From assembly GCA_951406725.2 (NCBI GenBank), contig OX597815.1:1798001-1862000 (forward strand): a stretch of DNA of 64,000 nt, written 5' to 3'. Under the pieces are notes generated by a model, which had not been told where the DNA came from, did no database searches, and was given only the letters and a program-made list of their open reading frames with translations. The position numbers and the translations under genes were made by a program. Origin of the DNA: Octopus vulgaris (lineage: Eukaryota). This document shows, in pieces, positions 37,301 through 49,804 of this stretch. Position 1 is the first letter of the stretch. Each line of letters starts with the position of its first letter.

Positions 37301-37962
37301 ATGTGACACTGGTGTAGGCTACGGCTGTGATCTGCATATATAGAAGAAAGACTGTTGAGAGCTGCCAGGGGGATGCTTGAGGGCTACATGTGAGCTTGGC
37401 AGGAACGATCAAGAATCCACTGGTAAGTGGTATTTTTATTATGTATAAGGTTTCTCTTTTTGATTTTTTTCTCACACATTAAATAACGAGAGGGAGAGAG
37501 GTTTCCCCCGCCCCAAAATTTTCAATTAATTCAACATTTGTTCATATAACCACACTGAAGTTAGCCGAACCAACACACACACACACACATGGGTTAACGG
37601 TACCCTCATCACAGAACAAGCAATATGTAGGCACTGTATTGACAAAACTATTGGCATTACTCCATCTGGGGGTAAGTTGCTTTCTGATGTTGATCAATCA
37701 ATTAATGAGGATGCCATTTCTTGTTGAAGCATCACAGAGTTTCAAAACTGTTGTGAAAATAAAATAAAATCTTTATTTATTTTTTTTTTTTGCCAAGAGT
37801 GAAGTGCTGTTCTGTAAAAATATTCTTCGAGGTCTCAGGTTGAATAAAGAAACAAGTGAAAAAAATTCCATCTGAAGACAAAATATCTGTTGTTATAGAA
37901 AAACTTTTGTCAAATACAAAAGAATAACAAATGTAAAGACGAAGAAAAACACCCAATTCCAA

Positions 37963-38001
<39 letters not shown>

Positions 38002-38147
38002 ATGAATGTTCTTTCAATTCTTTTTGGCTTTTAATAATACAAAATTCAGAAAATTCATTTCATAGTTTTTTTTCTCAATTATTTAGTTGATTTAATATTT
38101 GAAAGAAAATCCACGGCAAAAACTCAGAGCCTTTGAAGGGAGACACA

Positions 38148-38180
<33 letters not shown>

Positions 38181-38255
38181 TAATGATAATCATTATAATA
38201 CCTTAAGTTTGACAGTGTTTCGATTGGCCATTTTCTGTAATCACAAATATTGGAA

Positions 38256-38280
38256 ACTTACCTGGGAAAGAAAAGAAAAT
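38256..38280 (-). promoter_or_regulatory. Candidate recursive splice (ratchet) site
   Basis: Minus strand ttttcttttctttccc-AG|GTAAGT: a strong acceptor fused to a consensus donor. Confidence 0.4.
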
Positions 38281-38582
38281 CATAATTGAGAGAGCTAACT
38301 AAACGAAGTACGGCATTTTGTAATGGGTAAAAAAAAGTTATTTTTTAAAAGCGTGGGGGGGGGGAGAAAATGAAAAGGAACAAAAACAACAACAAAAAAA
38401 AAAGAAAGAAAAAAGAAAAGAAAAGAAAGCAGAGCATAAAAATGTTGGAATTAGTTTACAGAATAGAGATAAAAATCTAGTCTTCCACATGTAATTGATA
38501 CTTGGTAAATAGTAAACATGGGCAGTAGGTCTGTAGAAGAAATATTTCGTGAACTAATAACATAGATACATACAAATATTTT

Positions 38583-38608
<26 letters not shown>

Positions 38609-38616
<8 letters not shown>

Positions 38617-38660
38617 TATATATATACATATATTTGTATTATGTAAGTTCATATATATAC

Positions 38661-38691
<31 letters not shown>

Positions 38692-38830
38692 TATCATCAT
38701 CATCATCATCATTGTTTAGCGTCCGTTTAAACGATGATGATGATGATGATATGTATGTATGTATGTATGTATGTGTATATATATGAACTTACATAATACA
38801 AATATATGTATATATATATGTGTGTGTATA
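38609..38830. repeat. Foldback inverted duplication centred on an RTE tail tip
   Basis: Unique core catatatttgtattatgtaagttcatatatatacacatac mirrored by gtatgtgtatatatatgaacttacataatacaaatatatg; 9-nt loop gcgtccgtt. Confidence 0.85.
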
Positions 38831-38995
38831 TATACACACACACACACACACATACATACATACATGTGTACATACATACATATACATACATACATATATA
38901 CATATGTATATATACATACATACATATATATATATACATATGTATATATACATACATATATATATATATGTATATATACATACATATATATATAT

Positions 38996-39044
<49 letters not shown>

Positions 39045-39065
39045 TATATATACACACATATACAC

Positions 39066-39096
<31 letters not shown>

Positions 39097-39260
39097 CACA
39101 CATATATATATACACACACATATATATACACACATATATATATACACACATATATATATATACATATACATACACACACACACACACACACACATATGTA
39201 TGTATAAATGTATATGTGTCTACATATCTGAGTGTGTGTGTGTGTGTGTGTGTGTGCGCA
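38830..39260. repeat. Compound (TA)/(CA)/(TACA) microsatellite
   Basis: Directly visible; explains the 130-190 aa YI/CV ORFs. Confidence 0.95.
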
Positions 39261-41088
39261 TATATCTTTGTTTTTTACTTTGAAGTGGCTCTGTTTTTGA
39301 GAGGATTTCAATTTGATAAAGACGACAGCAGCGGTGGCAGTGGTGGCGACGGCAGGTGTGAATGGTAATCAAAGGAGAGAGAGAGAGAGAGAGCGAAAGA
39401 GAGAGAGAGAGATAAGATAACGGTGAGAAAGTAGGTCATTGAAACACCTTGGTAAGAGAAGAAAGAGGGAGAGAAACGGCAACAACGATATCAAACACAT
39501 CATTGGAGGAGATTCATCTCGCTGCAGTTGTTGTTGTTGTTGTCTCAACAGACACTCACCTAACAGATAAACAAAGCCAATGTCGCTACTGGAAGAAGAA
39601 GAAGAAGAAGAAAAACATAAAAGAAACCCCCCCCCCCACCGTTTCACAAGAGAATTCTTCAGAATAACCTTCAAATATGGCAGAGCAGTTTCCCAACGTG
39701 TGCATTGCTTTGTGCATGGCACTGCATATGCGGGTGTTGCCGTGTATATATGTGTATGTGGGTGTGTGAATAAGTGTCTATGTTTTCATACAGCCACACA
39801 CACATATATATATATACATACATATATATATGTATATACATACATATATATATGTATATATATATATGTATATATTTCTTTATATATGTATGTGTCTGCA
39901 TGTGTTTGTGTGTTATCGTATAAAATGTGTTTACATCAATAAAAGACATGTGTCGCCATCTATGTCCGTATGTATCCAAGAGAAATTTGCAAGATGGAAA
40001 GCAGAATGTGTGCTAGTGTGTTGCGCAAGCAGAACAAGTCCTCCCCGACCTCCATTGTTGGACACCTTAGAAATTGGTCCTACAAGCAAGATCTAAAAGG
40101 TGTCAGGTTCAGTCTTAACCAACTCATCTTTCTGTTTATTAGAAGCTACATTACCATCATCATCATTACTGTCATCATTCCCATGTTAGCACGAGTCGGT
40201 CAGTTTGAGAGGAGCCGGGGAACCAGAGGACTGTGCCAAGCTCCAATGACTGCTTTGACATGATTCCTACGGCTGGATACCTTTCTTAATAATGCCAAGG
40301 GGAATTCCAGCCATATTTCGCGGTTCACTACCTCAACAGCTCTTTTATAGGGTCAAGTGGCTAAGGACATCATCAGGAGGACCATATCCAGTTTCGGCCC
40401 CTACTCCTCTACTCTTTTCGACGTGACGGGGCCCCACCTTTTAGAGGTGTCTTCAGCTCTGGTGTTGAGTGCATTTTTTTTTCTTTGGCCCTTTGTTCCT
40501 AGGATTCTTCGATGCAGTGTCAACAAATGGATCAGACTGTATTGGGTGCCCTTTGCATGGCATCAGTACCAGTGATGCTGCCCACTAACTACATTATATT
40601 CTGCCAAGGTCGACTTTGCCTTTCATCCTTTCGGGTCAATAAATTAAGTACGAGTTATGCACTGGGGTCGATGTAATCGACTTAACCCCTGCCAGTAAAT
40701 TTCAGGCCTTGTGCCTATAGTAGAAAGGGGAGAGAAACTAAAATGGTTATAGAAGCTCAGAACAAAGTTTACCTTATATTTTGGCAAATAAAAACATGAG
40801 GAAAAAAGGGTTATGTGAAGGGGGGGGGGTAAAAAGGAAAAGAGAAAGGCAGGTGTGAGAAGGTAGGAAATTAATGAGTAACAAAGTACTGAAATATATA
40901 TATATGTATATGGTTTATTTGTGGATTAACAAGGAAGCCAATGGTTTCATGTGAAAAGATCTTCACAATTGTTCAAGCATGCCACATGGAAGTGCTGGTA
41001 CTGTTTCCATTTTGAATGACATATATATATATGTGTGTGCAATCACACATACAAACAAACACATATATATGTATCTATAGACACACCA

Positions 41089-41250
41089 TCATCTTTCAAG
41101 AATTTTGTCTTCACTAGCCAGAAGGTTACCATTTTGCTCCATGATTCTCTCCCTATTTTCAGGCTTTGTTTTGAGCCTTATTTGAGCCTTATTGCTTGAC
41201 CTTGTCTTTTTTGACCAGCTTTTTGGATCCTGCTTTTGCAATTTTGCACT
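41089..41250 (-). mobile_element. Degraded RTE LINE internal fragment (endonuclease-RT linker)
   Basis: IMEQNGNLLASEDKILER* resembles the RTE IxDxNGxLLTxxxEILERW motif. Confidence 0.5.
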
Positions 41251-41744
41251 GAGCAGATTTTCATCCTTTGTCTTTCCTTTTCTTGTGTTTGTTTTTGTAT
41301 AAACACGAGAGAGCATGTGTGTAGAATCTGCAAGAACTGTTTGGAAGGCATGATTAATGGGAAACGAAACAGATTGGCAGATTGAGGGATGGAGAGATTA
41401 CATCAGAGCAGAGACAAGTCTTGAATGCTCTTACAAATACTGTGGAGGGAAATATCTCATGCCAGGGTGCATTCTATCGCAGGTGGAGAAAGCGGGAATT
41501 GACTGATAAATCATCAGTGTTTTAAAATTTTAAAAAGATTTGTAGTGGGGAGGGTGCATGCCCAGACGCTTTTCCTGTCAGCAACCCTCAACTGTTTCCA
41601 AGTAAGCTAATATTTGTTTTGGTGCTTTGAATATTAACAGCCCCATGATTGATTAGGCTTTCATGAACAACTAGACAGATGACATTGCTTGTACAGTAGA
41701 GAGATATTTGTTTATAATCAGCATGAGATACCAACACACATACA

Positions 41745-41793
<49 letters not shown>

Positions 41794-41954
41794 ATGCTGA
41801 TGCATACACAGACATACACCCCACACATGCATACAACACCCACACACCTACACCTATAAAAAACAAATACAAAAACTAAACCAGTTCTGTTATTATGATT
41901 GCATAAGCAACAAAAACAACAAAAACAGCAATAATAATAATAATAATAATAATG

Positions 41955-42395
41955 ATTTCAAATTTTGACACAAGGCCAGCAACTTTGGGGTGGGTGTAAC
42001 TTGATTACATCAGCCCAGTGATCAACTGGTATTTATTTTACTGACACCAAAAGGACGAAAGGCGAAGTTGACCTTGACAGAATTTGAACTCAGAATATAA
42101 AGACAGAAAGAAAGCCATTAAGCAGTTCGCCAGGTGTGTTAACGATTCTGCCAGATTGTCACCTTAATAATAATAACAATAACAATAATGGTTTCAAATT
42201 TTACTGCAAGGGCTGCCATCTTCTGGGGGCTGATTACATTGATCCCCAGTGTTCAACTGGTACTTAATTTATCAATCCCGAAAGGATCAAAGGCAAAGTC
42301 GACCTTGATAGAATTTGAACTCAGAATGCAGTGATGGGTGAAATACTGTTAAGCATTTCATCCAGAACACTAACGATCCTGCCAGTTCACCACCT
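41955..42395 (-). mobile_element. Two tandem SINE family B copies separated and flanked by (AAT)n
   Basis: 41955-42165 and 42190-42395 both carry the Nin segment and tttcaaatttt tail. Confidence 0.8.
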
Positions 42396-43021
42396 TAATT
42401 ATAATGATAATGATAATAATAATAATATATTTGTGAAATAGGGCAGATTAATTGTTGTAGATAATCTGTTGGTAGTTAGTATTACTTGGCCAAGAGGTTA
42501 ATCAATCAATGATTATGAATTGTCTGATTAAAATTAGGTAAAGAATTATTCACCTGACAATGTAGACGAGGATGTGTACCTGTGCATCATAAAATAGAAA
42601 CACAAACATAAGGATTATTCTAATCATCGTTATTAAATATTAATTGATTTGTTGGACCTATTCTTGATTTTTCCAGTTCCATTGGCACCATCTTTCTGCC
42701 ACCAACGAAGAATGTTGTGCAACCATGCAGAAAAAAACCCATTAATAACACTAACAATAACGTGTCTTTCTTCAGTGAAGGCTCACAACTCAGTGGTCAG
42801 GGTACTCAGCACTTGGCCATAAAGCTATAAGTTTGATTCCTTGAGCAAGACACTTTATTTCATGTTGCTCCAGTCCATTCAGCTGGTAAAAAGGAGTTGT
42901 ACCAGTAATTAAAAGGGACCAGAATTGTCACATTCTGTCATGCTGAATCTCCCTGAGAACTACACGAAGAGTTTGCATGTCTGTGGAGTGCTCAGCCACT
43001 TGCATATTAATTTCATGAGTT

Positions 43022-43293
43022 GCCGCCTCGACTGGCCTCCGTGCCGGTGGCACATAAAAAGCACCAACCGATCGTGGCCGTTGCCAGCCTCCCTTGGCAC
43101 CTGTGCCAGTGGCATGTAAAAAGCACCCACTACACTCACAGAGTAGTTGGCGTTAGGAAGGGCATCCAGCTGTAGAAACACTGACAGATCAGACTGGAGC
43201 CTGGTGCAGCCTCCTGGCTTCCCAGACCCAGGTCGAACCATCCAACCCATGCTAGCATGGAAAGCGCACGTTAAACGATGATGATGATGATGA
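43022..43293 (+). mobile_element. RTE 3' UTR copy inserted in a family D-like SINE (42777-43350)
   Basis: SINE tail breaks at ttaatttcatgag and resumes at ctgttgatcagatt after the (GAT)n tail. Confidence 0.75.
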
Positions 43294-43657
43294 TCTGGTT
43301 CTGTTGATCAGATTGAGAGGAACACTTGTCAACATAACCCCAAAGGAGTACCAGAATGATTTATTATCTGAAATCTGACCCAGCAAATGGAGGTTTTCTG
43401 ATCACCATTGTTTCTCTTCAACAAAGATCACCTTTTTGCTTTCGATGTGTTCACAACAGATATACTATTCATTGGTGTAAAGCTGCTTTCAAATACTGAA
43501 GTGTTTTGACCTTATTATCTCTCTTTTCAGTCAAAGCCACCCTGAATCAATGAATTTCACAAGAGAACTGGCACTTGTTTATAAAAGTCAGCAAGCAAAT
43601 TGTTCCCTGCTCCATATGTTCCTCACAAATTATATTTGGCAGACATTAGCATGTCTA

Positions 43658-43816
43658 TAGGCACATGAGTGGCTGTGTGGTAAGAAGCTTGCTTACCAAC
43701 CACATGGTTCCAGGTTCAGTCCCACTGCGTGGCACTTGGGCAAGTGTCTTCTACTATAGCCTTGGGCCGACCAAAGCCTTGTGAGTGGATTTCGTAGATG
43801 GAAACTGAAAGAAGCC

Positions 43817-43867
<51 letters not shown>

Positions 43868-43970
43868 CAACTATTAAGGGTGAGAAAATTGGATACTAAT
43901 TTAATAGTACCATCAATTTAACACCAAGTGGCTTAGTGCATAAAAACCAGGAATACAATAAATTGTATAC

Positions 43971-44002
<32 letters not shown>

Positions 44003-44217
44003 GTATGTGTGTGTGTGTATATGTATGTGTGTCTGTGTTCGTCCCCCAACATCGCTTGACAACCGATGCTGGTGTGTTTACGACCCTGTAACTTAGCAGT
44101 TCGGCAAAAGATAATAAGTACCAGGCTTATAAAGAATAAGTCCTGGGGTCGATTTGCTCGACTAAAGGCAGTGCTCCAGCATGGCCACAGTCAAATGACT
44201 GAAACAAGTAAAAGAGT
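43658..44217 (+). mobile_element. SINE family A with TA-embedded insert (43863-43970)
   Basis: Head, (TA)n, insert related to 5800-5910, tail. Confidence 0.85.
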
Positions 44218-44464
44218 ATGCAACACCAAGTAATTTTGTCTGCTGCTTTTTATAATCAAGAGCCAGTATTTCTTGTTAGATTCATAAATCTGGGTGCAGC
44301 TTTGACTGAGGAGACACAATGAGGTTGAAACACCTCCATACTGCAAAGCTCCTTTACATTAACGAACCAACTGGGTGCATTATAAACATGAATCACCTAA
44401 AGGAAGGAGGTGTTTTCCAATCAGTACATTCCCATGACTCTGCCAGTACGGAATCAGAATAAAT

Positions 44465-44670
44465 GATCATCATTTAACATCTATTCTTCATGCTGGCATC
44501 AGTTGGATGTCTTGATTGGAGCTGGTAAGCCCAAGGACTGCACCAGGCACCAATTGTCTGTTTTGGCATGGTTTCTATGGCTGGATGCCCTCTCTAATAC
44601 CAACCACTTTACAGAGTGCACTGGGTGCCTCTCACATGGCACCAACATGAGGGCTTTTTACGTGGCACCA
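44465..44670 (-). mobile_element. RTE 3' UTR copy (older)
   Basis: Intact here; only its 44622-44670 part is present in the duplicate at 25845-25893. Confidence 0.7.
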
Positions 44671-45006
44671 TCCTGGGAATAGATACATCATTGTTTGGAG
44701 TCTCACTGTTCTGCGTATACCTCAGAAATTATTATTAACGACACTAATTTTTGGTTTAGTTCTTAGCTATATTTTTAATAATTATGTATCTTTTATTTGG
44801 TTGGTAAATAGTAAAAGAAAAAGGAAGGACCCCACTCAGCTCATCATTAATTGTCTCCCTAAAACCATAAGACATGTTTCATAGATTTCATTGTGCCACG
44901 AAGGGTGAATGCCCTGCTCATCATCAATCACTGGATGTATTTATCAAGTCACAGAAACAGCAGAGCTTCTTCTTTATACATCATCAACAATCTTCCACAA
45001 CAGTTA

Positions 45007-45397
45007 TCTATATATATAAAGCTGAAGTTGTCTGTGTATGGCAGGTTTGGTAGCCTTCAACTAACACTTTCTCCTCCGAGACCCTGCGGCACAAGTTGAC
45101 CAAAATTGTGAGTATGATAGAAGAAGGATTGCTCTTCCCTCTGTATAAGAAAAAATTCAAATCGGACCATGTTAACACCATAAATTATTTACATAAAAAA
45201 GATGCTTTTTTTTCTATGAAAATCCCTATTTTTTACGATTTTTTGACAGCTGTGTTGCCATTTTTCGGTGTATTTCAACCAGAAAAATGTTCACTTAAAG
45301 AGAATAACAAGCTACATAATGCAAACGTTTTACTTTTCAAAAATTCCAATTCTAAAGGGTCGAAACAAACCTGAGCAACGCCGGGCAATACTGCTAG
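45007..45397 (+). mobile_element. Non-autonomous Helitron family B
   Basis: a|TCTATATATATAAAG ... cctgagcaacgccgggcaatactgCTAG|t. Confidence 0.9.
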
Positions 45398-45988
45398 TTC
45401 CAGTTAAAATTGAGTCTTTTAAGTGGGTTGCCGTTGTCCAAGAATATGGTCTCACATCGCTGACTTTCTTCAAATAGTGCCACATAAAAAGCACCCGTGC
45501 TGGAGCCACGTGACAAGCACTGTGCTGGAGCCATGTAAAAAGTAGCCCTGCTGGTGTCACATAAAAGGCACTTGTGCCATGTGAAAAGCACCCACTACAT
45601 TCTGTAAAGCGATTGGTGTTAGGAAGGGCATCCAGCCATAGAATCTACACCAAAACAGACAATGGAGACTGATTTCCAGCTTGCCAGCATTTGTCAAACT
45701 GTCCAACCCATGCCAGCATGGAAAACAAATGTAATATGATGATGATGATGATGATGAAACGATTAATAAGATGGTTTGCCTTAACGATGGTTAGAACAAA
45801 TGCACTTCATTTTTTTTGTTGGGGAGCATATTTGTACGAGAGAAAGAGCGACAGAAGGTTCTAAGTAGACCTACTGATCCTGTGTCTATCCGATGCAGTC
45901 TATGATAGTGTCAGATAGACATGTGACAGCTATCTGATATGAGATGAAACAGAAAGTGGTGACCAACGATTGAATATGGTTGCAAAAA

Positions 45989-46022
<34 letters not shown>

Positions 46023-46085
46023 CACAGCCAATAATATATTATTATTATTATTATTTCGTTTTTGCATTTGGTTTGCAAGGAAGTA

Positions 46086-46597
46086 TCGTAAATCCTCGAG
46101 TATAATCCGCATTTCCCCCCCAAAATTTAAAGGTCAAAATCCCTAGTGTGCATTATATACGAGGTTAAAAATGAAAATTATTTTCTAAGCAATGTCCAAG
46201 TCTCTATTTGCTGTCCGGCAATGTTTATTCAGACGCATTTTGTGATGTTGGGCGTGAAAATACGTTAAGCTAAGCCTGAAAGCAATGAAGTCATAAAAGA
46301 ATCATCCATAACTTGCAGTAAGCAACATTTATTAAACGTTATTACTGTTATTTCTTTATTTTCCGCAAACAAAATGCACAAAAAAGCTACACGTTTGCAT
46401 TATGTTATATATACAATTATAATAAAGGACATTACCATATACAGTTTTACAAACTAAGGACGTTATATAGACCTCCTTGACTCAAGTTAGAAAAGGGGTG
46501 CATATTATACACAAGGTTTAGGTTTTTCAGAGGTACAGCCCCCTAAAAATCCCCTGCGTATTATACTCAAGGGTGGACTATACTCGAAGATTTACGG
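46086..46597. mobile_element. Tc1/mariner-pogo type MITE, TA TSD
   Basis: TA|tcgtaaatcctcgagtata ... tatactcgaagatttacgg|TA; internal subterminal repeats (gcattatatacgagg-like). Confidence 0.85.
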
Positions 46598-47144
46598 TAA
46601 ATCTTGTGTCTTGGGAGAGTCACGACGTCAATAATAACACATGCACTGGTTCAACATCACTTCTTTACTGTTAGTCAAATGGTTAAATATCAGAAGACCA
46701 GCTGACATTTGTCTAATGTGCTGGTTAAACAATCAATTGGTTGTTTGTTAATCAAAGTCTTTTCTTCACTATTCATAACCTTTTTAATGACTTGCCTTCT
46801 CTCTTCAAGGTCATCCCCCGAGGCTGTCTGAAAATTGGTCTTATTGACTAATAAAACAGAAACGATAATGAACCAGTGCAGGTGTTATTATTTTTGGCAT
46901 AATGACCCTCACAAGACACAAAAAATATATTATCACGTTGTGATATATAAATCTCTCTTTACATACACTGATTTGTGGTTATCCCAACAGAACACTGCAT
47001 CTACAGAAAAAAAAAATTAACACAATGCCATTGATATATCCCCCCCCACACACATATTTAGAGAGAGGGAAACATGCTATATATGTATGTGTGTGTGTAT
47101 GTGTATATATATATATATATACACATACATATATACACACACAC

Positions 47145-47177
<33 letters not shown>

Positions 47178-47239
47178 CACACACACATATATATATACAT
47201 ACACTCACACACACGTATATATATATATACCTAAATTGC

Positions 47240-47718
47240 TGACGTGGCTGATGACAGTATCACCTGGTTGGCACTCTTGCCAGTGGAATGTTAAAAGCAC
47301 ATCCGAGCGTGATCGTTGCCAGGGTCATGGATTGGTTCCCATGCCGGTGACGCATGTAAAGCACCATTCAAGCGTGATTGTTGCCAGCATTGCCTTACTG
47401 GCACGTGAAAAACAAAACTTGAGTGTGGTCATTGCCAGTGCCGCCAGACTGGCTCCTGTGCAGGTGGCACGTAAAAGCACCTTTTGAGCGTGGTCATTGC
47501 CAGAACCGCCTGACTGGCCCTCGTGCCAGTGGCACGTAAAAAGCACCCACTACACTCTCGGAGTGGTTGGCATTAGGAAGGGCATCCAGCTGTAGAAACT
47601 CTGCCAAATCAAGATTGGAGCCTGGTGCAGCCATCTGGTTCGCCAGTCCTCAGTCAAATCATCCAACCCATGCCAGCATGGAAAGTGGATGTTAAACAAT
47701 GATGGTGATGATGATGAT
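47240..47718 (+). mobile_element. RTE 3' UTR copy with ~5 hairpin units
   Basis: Repeated gtggcacgtaaaagcacc units then family core. Confidence 0.85.
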
Positions 47719-48018
47719 ATATGATAGACGAGGAGTGAAGTGTTGTTTGTCTATGTTTTTGCGCCATTCATTATTCATCATGATCTTATGTCAACTTGCC
47801 GTGCTGTCAAGTATTGAATTATGTGCACATGCTTGCGTGTATACGTTAGACAGGCATTTACATATGCGTGGGTGTGTTGTGTGTGTGTGTAACCTTTTAG
47901 CAGGACCCACATTGTGTATGCAGCCATTGTGTTAAGACTGTTTACAGCCAAGTAATTATTTCACACCAATTATATCACTCCAGCTGGTCGTCTCTCTCTC
48001 TCTCTCATATATATAAAC

Positions 48019-48069
<51 letters not shown>

Positions 48070-48084
48070 CATGTATATATACAC

Positions 48085-48119
<35 letters not shown>

Positions 48120-48616
48120 CATACATATAAACATATATATATATAAACATATATATATATACATGCATCTTTATATATCAGTTTGGCCAGTCATGTACTC
48201 AGAGTTCTCATGTTTAAGTGTGAGGATATAGAAACCCTATCACTCCACCCTCACTCTCCCCACCGCACACAATCTCATTAATCAGCCATAATGATACCAT
48301 CGACCTCACCGATGCCTCCACCTTCATCATGGCACTTTTTTCCCCCATTAGCCATATTGATGGTTCATTGCATATTAATCCCAAACTGACGTGCAACAAA
48401 GCCATTTTTTATTCTCTACTACAGTTCTGACAATGCTTCAATGAGTGGGAATCTTGGGTCAGGAATTAAATGAAAGATTGCAAATGTGTTTTCACGAGTA
48501 GAATTCCATTTAACAACATTCAAAATCCAATCGTCTGATGTTTTCTAAACTGATACAAGTCAAACATGCAGCCTTCATGGCTATTACTACATGTGGCTAC
48601 AGTAGTACCATGGAAA

Positions 48617-49008
48617 TCTCTCTATATATAATGCTGACGTTGTCTCCATGTGACAGGTTTGGTAGCCTTCAACTAACACTATCTCCTCCGAGACCCTGTG
48701 GCGCAAGTTGACCAAAATTGAGAGTATGATAGAAGAAGGCTTGCTCTTCCTTCCGTAGAAGAAAAATTTGAAATCGGACCATGTTAACACCAAAAATTAT
48801 TTACATGGAAAAGGTGCTTTTTTTCTATGAAAATCCCTATCTTTTACGATTTTTTGACTGCTGTGTCGCCATTTTTCAGTTTATTTCAACCAGAAAAATG
48901 TTCACTTAAAGAGAATAACAAGTTGCATAATGCAAAATTTTTACTTTTCAAAAATTCCAATTCTAAAGGGTCGAAACAAACCCGAGCAATGCCGGGCGAT
49001 ACTGCTAG
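48617..49008 (+). mobile_element. Non-autonomous Helitron family B
   Basis: a|TC ... cccgagcaatgccgggcgatactgCTAG|t. Confidence 0.85.
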
Positions 49009-49804
49009 TTTATGATAAAACAATAAAGAACTAAAATAAGTGGCCTTTGATTCCTAAAAGGGAAGCTTACAACCATTGTTATTTAATTTCAATCTAATAC
49101 AGCCATTGAACTTATGGTTATTTAATGTGAAGAAGGGCAAAGGAATACTGTTCCAGTTAAAATTGCTGCTGTCATTTAATAATTTCCATGATGAAAAGGT
49201 GGACATGACCATAAAATTAGCTCTACCACTGCCTCCCACCCACAACCCTTTCCTTACCACATTTCTGTTGAAATCCGTTGCCTTTGTTTAAATTAATTTT
49301 GAAAATATTGAAGAATGTAGTCAACTAATTATCGGTTATGAAGCTGGCGTTTAGAAAATAAATTAACATCAAGTTTTGGTGAAAGGTTTTAAGATAATTT
49401 CATCATCATCATCATCATCGTTTAACGTCCGTTTTCCATGCTAGCATGGGTCGGACGGTTAGACCGGGGTCTGGGAAGCCAGGAGGCTGCACCAGGCTCG
49501 AGTCTGATCTGGCAGTGTTTCTACAGCTTGATGCCCTTCCTAACACCAACCACTCCGTGAGTGTAGTGGGTGCTTTTTACATGCCAGATGTATATATATA
49601 TATGTGTGTGTGTTTGTGTTTCTGTGTTTGTCCCCCCAACATCGCTTGACAACTGATGCTGGTGTGTTTATGTCCCCGTAACTTAGCAGTTCGGCAAAAG
49701 AGACTAGGCTTACAAAGAATAAGTCCTGGAGTTGATTTGCTCGATTAAAGGTGGTGCTCCAGCATGTCCGCAGTCAAATAACAGAAACAAGTAAAAGAGT
49801 ATAT

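Noticed and set aside
37340-37428. Plus-strand exon ending ctg|GTAAGT
   Set aside because: Good donor but no convincing acceptor or recognisable coding frame
38716-39368. Long ORFs (130-194 aa) rich in Y/I/C/V/H/T
   Set aside because: Translations of compound TA/CA microsatellites; same for ORFs at 12890-13345, 22468-23101, 47025-47487 and 50245-50647
45096-45374. Conserved ~90-100 aa ORF repeated three times (MTKI..EEGLLFP)
   Set aside because: Lies inside non-autonomous Helitron copies, the frame is broken in the 48617 copy, and there are no Rep/helicase motifs
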